Below, piece after piece: positions 10,466 through 20,627 of a stretch of 64,000 nucleotides of DNA. The notes beneath the pieces were generated by a model that was given only the letters and a program-made list of their open reading frames with translations, was not told the origin of the DNA and searched no databases. A program made the translations under genes and the position numbers. Origin of the DNA: Methanothrix sp. (GTDB lineage: Archaea; Halobacteriota; Methanosarcinia; Methanotrichales; Methanotrichaceae); assembly GCA_963682135.1 (NCBI GenBank), contig OY821645.1:832001-896000 (forward strand), given 5' to 3'. Numbering within the stretch: position 1 is the stretch's first letter; each line of letters starts with the position of its first letter.

Positions 10466-12400
10466 TTGATTCTAATGGGCATAGCAGTTATATTTGTGGT
10501 CACCGCAACCGTTCTGGTTGCACCCATAGAAGCTGCACAACCTTTGAACGGCACCGAAAATAATACATCTCTAAGCCTTGATCCGAGCAAGATCACCGAG
10601 ACCTGGAATCTATCATATCTCTACAAGGACAGGTACGCTGCCAAGGTAGAGTATGAACGGCTGAATATGACAGTAAATGAGATCAACCAGACCTTCCGGC
10701 CAAAGTTCAACAATCTTACCGGAACGACCTTGCTTGACTATATTCAGAACGACGAAAATTACTCAAAATCATTTAATGTTCTATACGCATATGCAAATGC
10801 ACAGAACAGCCTGAATGTTAATGATTTATTCTTCCAAGAATTCCTTTCAAACGCCCAGAATCTCTCCACACAATATGCAAAGTCCAACTCCTTTGCCGAT
10901 GTGCTGCTGAAATCGCTTCCAAAATCCAAATGGGACAGGTTATTTGCTGAGGAGCCGCGACTGGAAAAATACCGCCCCTATCTTGAGGCTAACTACATCC
11001 GATTTGTGGACCATCGACCCAAGAATGAGACCCATGCTGCATATCTAGCTGACCTCTCAAATCAGCTCATGAAACTTGATACCAACGCAGAGAAGCTGAT
11101 CACCAATAATGTAACCAAAGCAGGGAACATAACTCTTGAAAACGGCAAGCAATACCCTGTCAACTTCTCATCTTACTATGATCTTCTCATGACAAATAAA
11201 GATAGGAATGATCGAAAGAAATGCTACGATAAACGTTATTACCATCTTTTCAATGAATCAAGTGAAATGGGAGACATCTATGTCATCAAATCAAAGCTTG
11301 ATGATAAGTATGCGACAGAGCTGAACTACTCTGATGCTTACGATGCCATGATGTTCGGCTCATATCTTAATGCATCACAGATTGATGAGATGAACCAGGT
11401 ACTCAAGGAGCGAAGAGGGGATTTCGATAGATATTATGAGTTTCGCAAGGCCAAGATGGGCATCCAAGAGCTTGCACCCTATGACCTCTTCCTTCAGCTT
11501 ATGAAGAATCCTGACAAAAAAACCAACTATACAGATGCCGCTATGGAGATATACGCATCACTTGCGTTGATGGACCCGGCATTTGATCAGGCGTTTATAA
11601 AGACGGTCACCAGCAATTCAATTGATGTTTATCCGAATCCGGATCATGGAAAACAATCCATACAATATGCTCAGGATCTATGTGCACTCAAGCGCCCGGC
11701 GCTCGTATTCCTGAACTACAAAGGGCTGATAGATGACAAATCCACCATAGCTCATGAGATGGGCCATGCAATCGACTTCTATCTAATGGGTCAGTCGCTG
11801 GATTACATCTACTGCAGTGGCACCATTTATGAGATGGAGATACCATCAACATTCAACGAGGAGCTCTTCATGGATTATGCGATCAAGAATTACGACAGAG
11901 ATAGCGCCATTGCAGTCCTGGCAAGTCATATCTACAATTATGCCAGAACAATGCCTCGCCAAGCCATGATCACTGAGTTTGAACATAAGGCCCATCAGCT
12001 TGTCAGTCAGAAGGGAAATGTCAGTGGATCTGATCTGAACGCTCTATGGGACGGCATTGCAAATGAATATAAGAGCGACGTAGTTACCTACTATCCAAGG
12101 ATCGAGCCTGAATGGCCTTATATCAGCCATATCTACTTCACAGATAATTATTACACCTTCAACTATGCTCTCTCAGAAGCTATAACACTGTCACTCTTCA
12201 AGATGTACAAGGAGAATCCTGAGGAGTTTAACAGGAACTATTTCGCATACTTATCTGCAGGCACAACTATGACTCCGCCGGAGAAGCTAAAGAAATACTT
12301 CGGATTGGAGATCAACAGAAAGCTCTTCGAGGACGCCATGGACATTGTGAAACTCAGGGTAAATCAGCTGGAGGAACTGAACAACGAGACATCGAGCTGA
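10466..12400 (+). CDS. M3B oligoendopeptidase F with signal peptide
   Basis: WNLSYLY, LAPYDL, HEMGH zinc motif, EIPSTFNE, HIY..YYTFNYA; N-terminal hydrophobic segment. Confidence 0.9.
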   Translation: MILMGIAVIFVVTATVLVAPIEAAQPLNGTENNTSLSLDPSKITETWNLSYLYKDRYAAKVEYERLNMTVNEINQTFRPKFNNLTGTTLLDYIQNDENYSKSFNVLYAYANAQNSLNVNDLFFQEFLSNAQNLSTQYAKSNSFADVLLKSLPKSKWDRLFAEEPRLEKYRPYLEANYIRFVDHRPKNETHAAYLADLSNQLMKLDTNAEKLITNNVTKAGNITLENGKQYPVNFSSYYDLLMTNKDRNDRKKCYDKRYYHLFNESSEMGDIYVIKSKLDDKYATELNYSDAYDAMMFGSYLNASQIDEMNQVLKERRGDFDRYYEFRKAKMGIQELAPYDLFLQLMKNPDKKTNYTDAAMEIYASLALMDPAFDQAFIKTVTSNSIDVYPNPDHGKQSIQYAQDLCALKRPALVFLNYKGLIDDKSTIAHEMGHAIDFYLMGQSLDYIYCSGTIYEMEIPSTFNEELFMDYAIKNYDRDSAIAVLASHIYNYARTMPRQAMITEFEHKAHQLVSQKGNVSGSDLNALWDGIANEYKSDVVTYYPRIEPEWPYISHIYFTDNYYTFNYALSEAITLSLFKMYKENPEEFNRNYFAYLSAGTTMTPPEKLKKYFGLEINRKLFEDAMDIVKLRVNQLEELNNETSS

Positions 12401-12742
12401 AGGAGAGCCACTCTACCTTTTTTTCAAGCTATCTTCTCACCCCTAAGTCATGAGGTGGCCCTGGCAGATGAGAGCGATCGGGCCAGGGCCGTATCTGCTT
12501 TGCCTTGCAGCCTTTGCCCCTCGTGCTCGTAGGGGGCAGGCCGCACGTGCATGGGCAGCCTTCCGCCTTTGTCGTCCAATTCAGAAAAACGCATGTTCCG
12601 GCCATACACATATAATTCAAAGCGCAAAACCACTTTGCGAAAGGGATTGCAATGAAGCCGCGGTTCAATTAAAAAAATATAAAAAGGCAGGAGCGTTCCT
12701 CTGCCCCCGTTCTTCCGTTTGCAGAAAAGCATCCTCTGCTTT

Positions 12743-13933
12743 TCAGTAGGTGCTCAGCTCACCCTTAAACAGCATCTGCTGCAGCTTGGGGATATTGGCC
12801 AGCCAGTCGTCCAGGATCTGCGCAGCCCCTGCCTCCAGTTTCTTCATGTCCACGCCTTCCTTGGGCACAATCTGCACACTGGCGATATGCGGCTCGTCGA
12901 TGGGCTTGCCGATCTGCGAGAGCATTTTGATGTAGACCTCTTCAATGCCCTGCACCTCGGCAGCTATCTGCCGGGCCGCCTCTGTAGAGAGCAGGTTGTA
13001 AATCTTGCCCACGTGGTTGATGGGATTCTTGCCGCAGGTGGCTTCCAGACTCATGGGTCGATTGGGTGTGATCATACCGTTGGCCCTGTTTCCTCGCCCT
13101 ACCGCCCCGTCGTCTCCCATCTCAGCGGAGGTGCCGGTGACGGTGATGTAGACCGAGCCTTGGTCAACGTTGTCGGCTACATTCATCTGAGCATTCACTT
13201 TTCGCGACGTGAATTGCTTAGCGTACTCAACAATGTGATTGACTATGACGTTCTTGGTGTCCACATATTCCTTGAGGCTGGCCACATGCCGATCAACCAT
13301 GGCGCAGGCGATGGTCAGATTAATGACATCCCCCTGGCGCATGCCCATGACCTTTATGTCCTCGCCTATGGCCGGAACGCTCTTCTTGAGCCTCATCAGC
13401 TCGCGCTCGGTATTGAAGACTATGTTCTCCGTCTCAGAGAGAGGCGCATATCCCACACCGAAAGATGTGTCATTGGCAGAGGGAACCTTGCGGCTGAAGA
13501 CATCCCGCAGATCTGAGGAGCCCATGCCTATCTTGGCATCAAGGATGACGTGATTGTTGACATCCAGGTTGGAGAGCGACTCGCCCAAGAGCTTTCTACC
13601 GGCCTTGATAGCGATGGTATCCACCGGAATCTCCACTTCCTTGAAGACCCGGGTGGCTCGGCCCGTAAGAAGGATATAAAGCGGACAGATGACCTCGCCG
13701 CCTCCGAATGCGGGCTTGGACCGGCCCGCCACAATTTGCGTCTTGTCGGTGTTGTGATGCAGCACCGCTCCAAATCTATCAAGGTATTCCTGGCAAAGGG
13801 CCCGGCTGATGGACTCGGCGAGGCCGTCCGCCACGCTATCCGGGTGTCCAATGCCTTTGCGCTCTACCAGCTCGATCTCCTGCTGCTCCAACGGTCTTTG
13901 ATTGAGGCGTTCAACCTTGATATTTCTCTTCAT
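12743..13933 (-). CDS. mat: Archaeal S-adenosylmethionine synthetase
   Basis: [51 protein letters not shown]. Confidence 0.96.
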   Translation of the reverse strand: MKRNIKVERLNQRPLEQQEIELVERKGIGHPDSVADGLAESISRALCQEYLDRFGAVLHHNTDKTQIVAGRSKPAFGGGEVICPLYILLTGRATRVFKEVEIPVDTIAIKAGRKLLGESLSNLDVNNHVILDAKIGMGSSDLRDVFSRKVPSANDTSFGVGYAPLSETENIVFNTERELMRLKKSVPAIGEDIKVMGMRQGDVINLTIACAMVDRHVASLKEYVDTKNVIVNHIVEYAKQFTSRKVNAQMNVADNVDQGSVYITVTGTSAEMGDDGAVGRGNRANGMITPNRPMSLEATCGKNPINHVGKIYNLLSTEAARQIAAEVQGIEEVYIKMLSQIGKPIDEPHIASVQIVPKEGVDMKKLEAGAAQILDDWLANIPKLQQMLFKGELSTY

Positions 13934-14031
13934 GACCTTTCCTCGATTTTCCTCGATTAATATCGTACAACAATACTCTGGCTAACAGAATTGCAATATC
14001 TTATTAAGGCTTTGCACCGGGGATTTGCCCG

Positions 14032-14823
14032 TTACTGCGTGAGTCCCACTCGCCACTTGAGCATCTTATCCTCTACCACATAGCGGAAGGTACGATCGAT
14101 GGCCAGGCCCAAGAGGCCCAGTACAATCATGTACATGAATACCTCATCCATGCGGTAATGGCCGTAAGAGTCCCAGATCTTGAAGCCGAGACCATTCTTG
14201 CTTACCCCGAACATCTCGGCGGCCACAAGACACATCCAGGCAATTCCCATGGCGATTCTTATGCCGGCTGCGATGGAGGGTAGAGCATAAGGCAGAGCCA
14301 CATATCTTATCAGATCAAGATCCTTCGTGGCACCCAAGACTTTTGCCGACTCGACATATACTCGAGGCAGGCTCTTGAAGCCCACATAGGTGTTGATCAA
14401 TATAGGAAAGACAGCTCCTATGAAGATAATAAAACCTGCTGCGACGTTGGTTATTCCAAACCAGATGATGGCAAATGGAATCCAGGCTAAAGGTGGAATG
14501 GGGCGCAAGATCTCCACAATTGGGTCCAAAATATTGTCAAGAAACTTGTTCCATCCCATGATCATTCCCACGGGCAGAGCAATTACCAGGCCCCCGGCCA
14601 TGCCGATGGCAAAATGAAGAGAGCTTACGGGCAGATCCTCTGTTAAAATCGACCACCAGTTATCCAGAAATGCGGCTATCACCTGGAGAAAGCTGGGCAA
14701 GGTCAATTGATCATTGACCAGATAGGCAGCCAACTGCCAGATGGCTATCAATCCAAAAATAGAGAGGGCAGAAATGCCCTGATTTCTCAGGACATTTATG
14801 GACCTACTGACTCTTTTCTTCAC
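14032..14823 (-). CDS. Sulfonate/nitrate-type ABC transporter permease (SsuC-like)
   Basis: LRPIPPLAWIP, ESAKVLGA EAA loop, WMCLVAAEM. Confidence 0.9.
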   Translation of the reverse strand: MKKRVSRSINVLRNQGISALSIFGLIAIWQLAAYLVNDQLTLPSFLQVIAAFLDNWWSILTEDLPVSSLHFAIGMAGGLVIALPVGMIMGWNKFLDNILDPIVEILRPIPPLAWIPFAIIWFGITNVAAGFIIFIGAVFPILINTYVGFKSLPRVYVESAKVLGATKDLDLIRYVALPYALPSIAAGIRIAMGIAWMCLVAAEMFGVSKNGLGFKIWDSYGHYRMDEVFMYMIVLGLLGLAIDRTFRYVVEDKMLKWRVGLTQ

Positions 14824-15859
14824 CTAACACCTTCTCGTAGAGGCTGGTATCAAAGAGATCCTTCTCAGTCAGCTCCCTCTTGGTATACTTCATCTTGTAG
14901 TCGACCTTTGCATACTCAACAGTCGATGGCACCTGAACCTGCGGATCGCTGACCCACTTACCATCCCAGTTCTTTACAGAATACTCAATCTCTGTGAGGT
15001 TGGCTTTGGTTTTTTTGGCATATATCTGGGCGGCCTCCTCGGGATTGGCATTGATGTAGTCGGTTGCCTTGATATGAGTCCTTATGATCTGCTCTACCAA
15101 TTCGGGCTGCTCTTTGATGAGCTTGTCTGTGACCACCAGGCTGCAACAGGCGTGGTTCGGCCACATCTCGCCCGAGGCTACAACGTGTTTGCCCTTGCCT
15201 TTCAGCTCTACTATGGATGGCGACGGTTGCGGCAGGAAGACACCATCGATCTTGCCTGCGGACAGAGCACTGATGGCAGGTCCCGGGTCCATGGCTTTAA
15301 TGTCGACCTTCGAGACATCCACCCCATTATCCATGAGCCATTTCTTCATGACAGTGTCCTGAATAGATCCGGGCGGGAATGTGCCAACGGAAAGGCCTGC
15401 CAATGATGCCGGTCCATTGTAGGCAAGATCCGGCCTGAGGACCAAATCCGAGCCATTGATATTGACGGCAGCTACTATCTTGGCCGGCAGTCCCGCAGAT
15501 ATGGCAGATATGGGTGGAGCAGTTCCCACATAAGCTATATCCAGCTCTCCGGCGACCATGGCTTGCATCTCCGGAACTCCAGTGGGGAACTCAAACTCCT
15601 TGATCTCAGTTATGCCGAAGGGCAGCAAATCTTCGGCCCACCAGCCCTTCTCGGAAGCGACCATCTCTGCAATCTGATGGGTGCTGGGCTGGTAGCCTAT
15701 GCGCAAGGTAGAAATCTTGCCGGGCATCTTCTCTTGAAGAGAGACATTCTCCTTTTGGGTACCATTGGAGACGGCCTCTTTCTTCTCAGGAGATGAGATG
15801 CAGCCCAGCGACATGACTACCACAGCCGCCAGGACGGCCATAATTATGAATTTCTTCAA
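14804..15859 (-). CDS. Sulfonate-type ABC transporter substrate-binding lipoprotein (SsuA-like)
   Basis: Lipobox-like LGC, RIGYQPSTHQ, GELDIAYVG..P, WPNHACC. Confidence 0.88.
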   Translation of the reverse strand: MKKFIIMAVLAAVVVMSLGCISSPEKKEAVSNGTQKENVSLQEKMPGKISTLRIGYQPSTHQIAEMVASEKGWWAEDLLPFGITEIKEFEFPTGVPEMQAMVAGELDIAYVGTAPPISAISAGLPAKIVAAVNINGSDLVLRPDLAYNGPASLAGLSVGTFPPGSIQDTVMKKWLMDNGVDVSKVDIKAMDPGPAISALSAGKIDGVFLPQPSPSIVELKGKGKHVVASGEMWPNHACCSLVVTDKLIKEQPELVEQIIRTHIKATDYINANPEEAAQIYAKKTKANLTEIEYSVKNWDGKWVSDPQVQVPSTVEYAKVDYKMKYTKRELTEKDLFDTSLYEKVLGEEKSQ

Positions 15860-16052
15860 ATGCGATCACCTGAGTTATCGACTTTGCCAGACCCCAGCGA
15901 ACGATCGGTATAAAGCAGTTTCCAGCCGCTTTGCATTATCTTCACATAATGGACAATAATCAGAGATAATCCCACAATAGTATTAATAGAAAGAGATAGC
16001 AGGGAGAAAAGAGTTTCTAGAAACATATGCTACGACGCTAAATAGAGGCAGA

Positions 16053-17345
16053 GTGTTGTCAATGGTTGGATCGTATTTTGAAATACAGGGCAAGGTTGAG
16101 AACAAAGAGGCCGTGATCATGACGGCTCAGGAGGTCTTTGATCTGGTGGAGGCGGGCGAATCGTCCCGGCTGTGCGAGGTTGACGTTGTCACCACTGCCA
16201 CCCGAGCGGTGATGAGCGGCACCTACGCAGTCCTCTCTTTTCCTGTGGCCGAGCAGGCTACGTTTCTTCGAGCCAGGAGGGCCTGGATCAACGGCATAGC
16301 CACACAGGTCGGCCCCTGTCCTAACGAGAACCTGGGCATCCTGGATTTGATAGTCCTGGGAACGGCCCATAGCCATAGCCGGCCCAATTACGGAGGTGGC
16401 CATCTCTTTCGGGATATGGTGGAGAGAAGGAAAGTTCAGGTCGAGGTGGAGACCGATGATGGACGCAGCCTGCAGGCGGACGTGGGATTGGATGAGATGC
16501 CCCATGCCAGGCTCTTTGGATCGCGTCACGCCTTCAAGAACTACTCGGCCTTTGTCAATGCGGGAGCGGAGATGATCAACACCATATTTCACGCTCGCGG
16601 CTTTGCTCCCCACTGTAAGGAGGCGACATTCTCCGGCTGCGGACAGATTAATCCCCTAAAAAACGACCCGCTTCTAGAGAGCATCGGCATGGGAACGCGC
16701 ATTCTCCTTAACGGAGCCGAGGGGTTTGTCCTCGGCACTGGCACTCGCAGCAGCAAAGAGCGGCCCAATCTGTCCGGCTTTGCCGATATGCACCAGATGG
16801 ATGCCGGGTTGATGGGCGGCTTTGTCACCTCCGCCGGACCGGAGTGCATCTGCTCCTGGGCGGTGCCCATACCCGTTATCAGCAAGACGATTCTGGCAGA
16901 GATTGCCCGGCCCGACCGGGGCATTGCATTACCGGTAAACGATGTCAAGAGCAGAACGGTAATCGCTCGGGCCGATTACGGAGATGTCTGGACGGATGTA
17001 GATCTGCAGGTGGAGTTCGAACCGGAGAACTGCTCTGGCTGCTCCCCTTGCCTGGTGGCGGAGGCCTGCCCCATGCGGGCGATAGAGAGCGACGCTGACG
17101 GAGTCCGGCGCAGCGAGGCGTTATGCTTTAATTGCGGCCTGTGCGCCACTGTATGCCCGTCAGGGGTCTTCTCGTGCCGCCTGGGTGCTATCCGGCTAAA
17201 GACCGCTGCGGGTGCTGCCAAGACTGTGCCGGTGGTGCTGCGCCAATCGGATCGGCTGCGGGCAATCAAGCTGACTGAGGATCTGAAAGAAAGGATCTTA
17301 AACGGCTCTTTCCGAATAGCAGAGCCGGTCGAGCATATCGGATGA
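16053..17345 (+). CDS. Methanogenesis marker 16 metalloprotein (homocysteine-synthesis-like fold plus 2x[4Fe-4S]; proposed ComF)
   Basis: VDVVTTATRAVMSGT, GPCPNENLG, SGCGQINP, C-terminal ferredoxin CSGCSPC...CFNCGLCATVCP; start uncertain. Confidence 0.85.
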   Translation: MLSMVGSYFEIQGKVENKEAVIMTAQEVFDLVEAGESSRLCEVDVVTTATRAVMSGTYAVLSFPVAEQATFLRARRAWINGIATQVGPCPNENLGILDLIVLGTAHSHSRPNYGGGHLFRDMVERRKVQVEVETDDGRSLQADVGLDEMPHARLFGSRHAFKNYSAFVNAGAEMINTIFHARGFAPHCKEATFSGCGQINPLKNDPLLESIGMGTRILLNGAEGFVLGTGTRSSKERPNLSGFADMHQMDAGLMGGFVTSAGPECICSWAVPIPVISKTILAEIARPDRGIALPVNDVKSRTVIARADYGDVWTDVDLQVEFEPENCSGCSPCLVAEACPMRAIESDADGVRRSEALCFNCGLCATVCPSGVFSCRLGAIRLKTAAGAAKTVPVVLRQSDRLRAIKLTEDLKERILNGSFRIAEPVEHIG

Positions 17346-17362
17346 GATGCCAGTGTATCGCG

Positions 17363-17914
17363 CTATGGCGCAATAGTCCCGATAAACCTCTCTATGATCT
17401 CCTCAGGCGAGAGGGCGATGATGGGGACAGGGGCGTTGCCCTCCTCGACCTTTACTACTATTACAGTATCATCTCCGAACAAGGCCGGAGCCAGGAGGCC
17501 GGGCGGCTCGACCGAGCCTACCTTCTTGACTCCGGCAGCTTTCGCCAGGGCGAAAAGGTCGGTACCAAGATAGGTGCAGGTGGGCTGCGAGCCGGTGGAG
17601 CCGTAGCAGCAGTTGTCCAAAATCACCAGTTGATAATTCTGGGGCGCGTAATGAGCGATACTGGCCAATGTTCCCAGGTTCATGAGCACTGAGCCATCCC
17701 CATCCAGGACCATAACCTTTCTTTCCAGACGAGCCTGAGCCAGGCCCAGGCCGATGGAGGAGGCGAGGCCCATGGAACCGAGCATGTAAAAATTTTCCGG
17801 GCGATCCCTGACCGAGAAAAGCTCCCGGCTGGGAAAACCGATGTTGCAGACCAGCAACGCATCCTGGGCGGCTGCGGCCTCTGCCGCCAGGGCTATGGCT
17901 TCGATCCTCTTCAT
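17363..17914 (-). CDS. comE: Sulfopyruvate decarboxylase beta subunit
   Basis: NIGFPSRELF, NFYMLGSMG, ThDP motif GDGSVLMN...DN. Confidence 0.92.
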   Translation of the reverse strand: MKRIEAIALAAEAAAAQDALLVCNIGFPSRELFSVRDRPENFYMLGSMGLASSIGLGLAQARLERKVMVLDGDGSVLMNLGTLASIAHYAPQNYQLVILDNCCYGSTGSQPTCTYLGTDLFALAKAAGVKKVGSVEPPGLLAPALFGDDTVIVVKVEEGNAPVPIIALSPEEIIERFIGTIAP

Positions 17915-18411
17915 TTTTGTCTCCAGAAATCGAGATCCAAAAGCACAGCCGTGGGCTTTCTCTCTTTTTCGGCCCTCTCCCAGGCACGAGCCACCGTCTC
18001 CTCCGCCTGTTCAGGCTGAGGCGAAAAATGCAGGATGCCCATGGCGTCCAAAAGGGGCACGGTGAGCCGTCCCATGGGCACCTGACCGATAATAGGCTCG
18101 CCCACGCCGCCGCGATGGCTTATGATCATGAGCAGCGGAATGCCGTAGAGCATGTCCAGCGAAGCAAGAGCATTGATGCAGTTTCCCAGGCCCGAGTTTT
18201 GCATGAGCAACGCGGGCCGTCGCCCGCCCATCCAGGCTCCGGCGCAAATTCCCACGCCCTCCTCCTCGCGGGTGACAGGCAGATGAATAATCTCCGGATC
18301 GCTTCTTACCAGAGCGAGCAGCTCCTGTAGGTTGACGCATGGCACTGAGGTTGCGAAGTTGATGCCAGCGCGCTTGAGACCCTGATATATAGCTTGTGTC
18401 GAAGATGGCAT
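17911..18411 (-). CDS. comD: Sulfopyruvate decarboxylase alpha subunit
   Basis: SVPCVNL, TREEEGVGICAG, MQNSGLGN, SHRG. Confidence 0.92.
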   Translation of the reverse strand: MPSSTQAIYQGLKRAGINFATSVPCVNLQELLALVRSDPEIIHLPVTREEEGVGICAGAWMGGRRPALLMQNSGLGNCINALASLDMLYGIPLLMIISHRGGVGEPIIGQVPMGRLTVPLLDAMGILHFSPQPEQAEETVARAWERAEKERKPTAVLLDLDFWRQK

Positions 18412-18555
18412 ATTGCTCTTGCCAATATCTGCTGTTTTTAATTGATCAATTCTATCCGGGTGGTTCTCAGTATTTTCTTCGCCTGCTCTTCTACTTCAAT
18501 TACCATTAGCTTGCATCTTAACTATTTAACTTGTAGGATCGCGAAGGACGAAGGG

Positions 18556-18588
18556 GAAGTCCCCATCCTTCAGGACGCGGTAGTTCAC
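18556..18588 (+). mobile_element. Solo IS200/IS605 right-end remnant
   Basis: GAAGTCCCCATCCTTCAGGACGCGGTAGTTCAC: GAAG guide, imperfect hairpin, terminal TCAC; same architecture as the right end at 47558-47594. Confidence 0.65.
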
Positions 18589-18695
18589 CAACCAGGACCT
18601 TAGTACCAGGACATTTTTGAAACGTCAATACACAATGTTTAATAATGATTAATACTAACAAATACTGGAGAAAATAACTCAGGAGTTGATTGAAT

Positions 18696-19511
18696 ATGCC
18701 CGTGTCAGGAAGGGAAATCGCAACCTTGGATTTTGCGAATCTTATCGGCGGACCCTTGAACGCCGTTGTTGAAGCACAGGCAAAGTCAGCCATAACCACG
18801 GCCAATTTTATAAAGGAAGTAGGTTTTACAAAAGATGGAAAAGTAATTAATGTTGATTTTACATATAACCGTAAAAACGACGATGGAGAAGACCAGCAGT
18901 TCACGCTAACTGTTCCATTCCTTACAATGTTGCCTGTGCCATATATTTCGATAGTAGATGCAGTAATGGAATTCAACGCCAAGATCACCTCTATCAATGA
19001 GTCCCATATGGAGGATAACTTTTCGCAGCAGTTGGATGTAGAGGCAGGAGGAAAGTTATGGTTTATTACCGCCAAGGTACAATCAAAGACTGCGTACCAG
19101 AAGAAGAGCGCTACCTCTGAGAGAGAGGAGCGCACTTTCGACATGCATGTACGTGTTGAAGCAAAGAACCAAGACATGCCATCAGGTACAGAACGCATAC
19201 TTACCCTTCTGGAAAATTCAATCGGCGAAAAGAAAGGGCCGCGTGTGGCGATTTTGAGGATTTTGTCAAGAGATAAGGCAACTATAAAAGTCGAAACCGA
19301 TAGGGACCTCGATGCTCTAAAGGGCCTTACTTTCTCTGCAACGGGTGCTGACAATAAGGCCAATGAATTTAAGATAGAAACCGTTGATAAGGATCGTAAT
19401 ACAATCACACTTAACGGGGAAATAAACAATTCATATCTATTCAAGAGCATCGATGTACCGCTTGGACCACCGCTTAAATCAAAAGAAGAAACATCAACAG
19501 AAAAAAAATGA
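18696..19511 (+). CDS. DUF2589-family protein with extra C-terminal beta-rich domain
   Basis: LDFANLIGGPLNAVVEAQAKSA.TTANFIKEVGF, VPFLTMLPVPYI, FNAKITS, DMPSGTERILTLLE signature. Confidence 0.85.
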   Translation: MPVSGREIATLDFANLIGGPLNAVVEAQAKSAITTANFIKEVGFTKDGKVINVDFTYNRKNDDGEDQQFTLTVPFLTMLPVPYISIVDAVMEFNAKITSINESHMEDNFSQQLDVEAGGKLWFITAKVQSKTAYQKKSATSEREERTFDMHVRVEAKNQDMPSGTERILTLLENSIGEKKGPRVAILRILSRDKATIKVETDRDLDALKGLTFSATGADNKANEFKIETVDKDRNTITLNGEINNSYLFKSIDVPLGPPLKSKEETSTEKK

Positions 19512-19597
19512 GAGAATCGGCTGAATCCTAGCTAAGTGGAGTAGGGCCGTTGGAAATCGCAGTTCTGCGGCCTCTATTTATTTGCTGAGGTGCAGAG

Positions 19598-20626
19598 ATG
19601 GACGAAAAAGCGAAAACAAGATTATCCGATGTACTTGGGGCATTTGTCACCAGCGTGGCTTATGGCAGAAACGTCTCTGATGTGCAAGCGCTGCGCATAG
19701 CTCTCAACTACCAAAAAAATGTTCTTCTGGAGGGGCTCCCTGTTCCCAGGCTCAGATTGTCTCAGGTAAGCATAAGTCTACCTGTTATTTTAACGGAAGT
19801 ATTGCCTGGAGAGCCACCAAAATGGAATCATCCGAAAGACATCACTAAGGTTGCAACCACCTCTTTTCAAACAGAGATTGAGGATGAATTGAAACGCCTT
19901 GAATATTTGGAACGATTAAAAAATCCAATTAAAGAGGAGAAGGATTTATACGAGCGATATAAACGATTCTTGCAGTTTGCAAAAAATCCACAAGACTATA
20001 TAAATTATATAAGGAAGGATCAAGAAAGAAATAAGACATATGAAAAGGAATTCGGCGCAGAGAAAATTACCCCTGCTTATGAGAGCTTTGAAAAAGTTCT
20101 GCTTTCGAGGTTGAATCGTGCTTTTTTAAAACTGGAGATGGATGATAGTTCAAATATCGATGCCGCTATTCGCTACAAAGTGGGAGAGACTGTAGAGAGT
20201 GCCTTTCGCGATGTAATGAGCGAGTTCTTCTTCCGTTATGCGGAACTTAGAATTAAAGTGGAAAAAATAGAACCCCAACAAAAAACGGAAATATTTGGCT
20301 CGGAACAAGAATCTGAGCAAATGACCGCCGATATCCGTCCTAAATTTGATGAGAAAATGGCAAGAAAAGGCTCAGAAAAAATCATGGAATCTGAGATTAC
20401 AGAACGAATGATCGCCGATATTCGTCCGCTGGTCGAGAAAGCAGCGATAGATAAGCCAAGCATTCCACCGGATTTCTATGTAGAGGTGGATACAGACAGC
20501 ATCAAAAATGCCGGTGGAGGGCCAGAGGCAGTCACGCGGCTGAGTATCGTTATGCACGAAGAGGGCCTTGAGTGGCTGTCCGAAGAACAAAATGGATTAA
20601 AGACCAAAAAGTTGGTGCCGGAATAA
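19598..20626 (+). CDS. Hypothetical protein, distant DUF2589-like partner with large helical insert
   Basis: N-term LSDVLGAFVTSVAYGR..DVQA...LPVPRLRLSQVSISLP; C-term VEVDTDSIK...TRLSIVMHEEGLEW. Confidence 0.7.
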   Translation: MDEKAKTRLSDVLGAFVTSVAYGRNVSDVQALRIALNYQKNVLLEGLPVPRLRLSQVSISLPVILTEVLPGEPPKWNHPKDITKVATTSFQTEIEDELKRLEYLERLKNPIKEEKDLYERYKRFLQFAKNPQDYINYIRKDQERNKTYEKEFGAEKITPAYESFEKVLLSRLNRAFLKLEMDDSSNIDAAIRYKVGETVESAFRDVMSEFFFRYAELRIKVEKIEPQQKTEIFGSEQESEQMTADIRPKFDEKMARKGSEKIMESEITERMIADIRPLVEKAAIDKPSIPPDFYVEVDTDSIKNAGGGPEAVTRLSIVMHEEGLEWLSEEQNGLKTKKLVPE

Positions 20627-20627
20627 G

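Noticed and set aside
12719-13516. Long plus-strand ORFs opposite mat (and similar ones opposite tgtA, the nuclease, the helicase and cobN)
   Set aside because: Antisense or alternative-frame shadows of well-supported genes in GC-rich DNA
18518-19450. 310-aa minus-strand ORF
   Set aside because: Antisense shadow of the DUF2589 gene; its end simply runs through the IS end remnant
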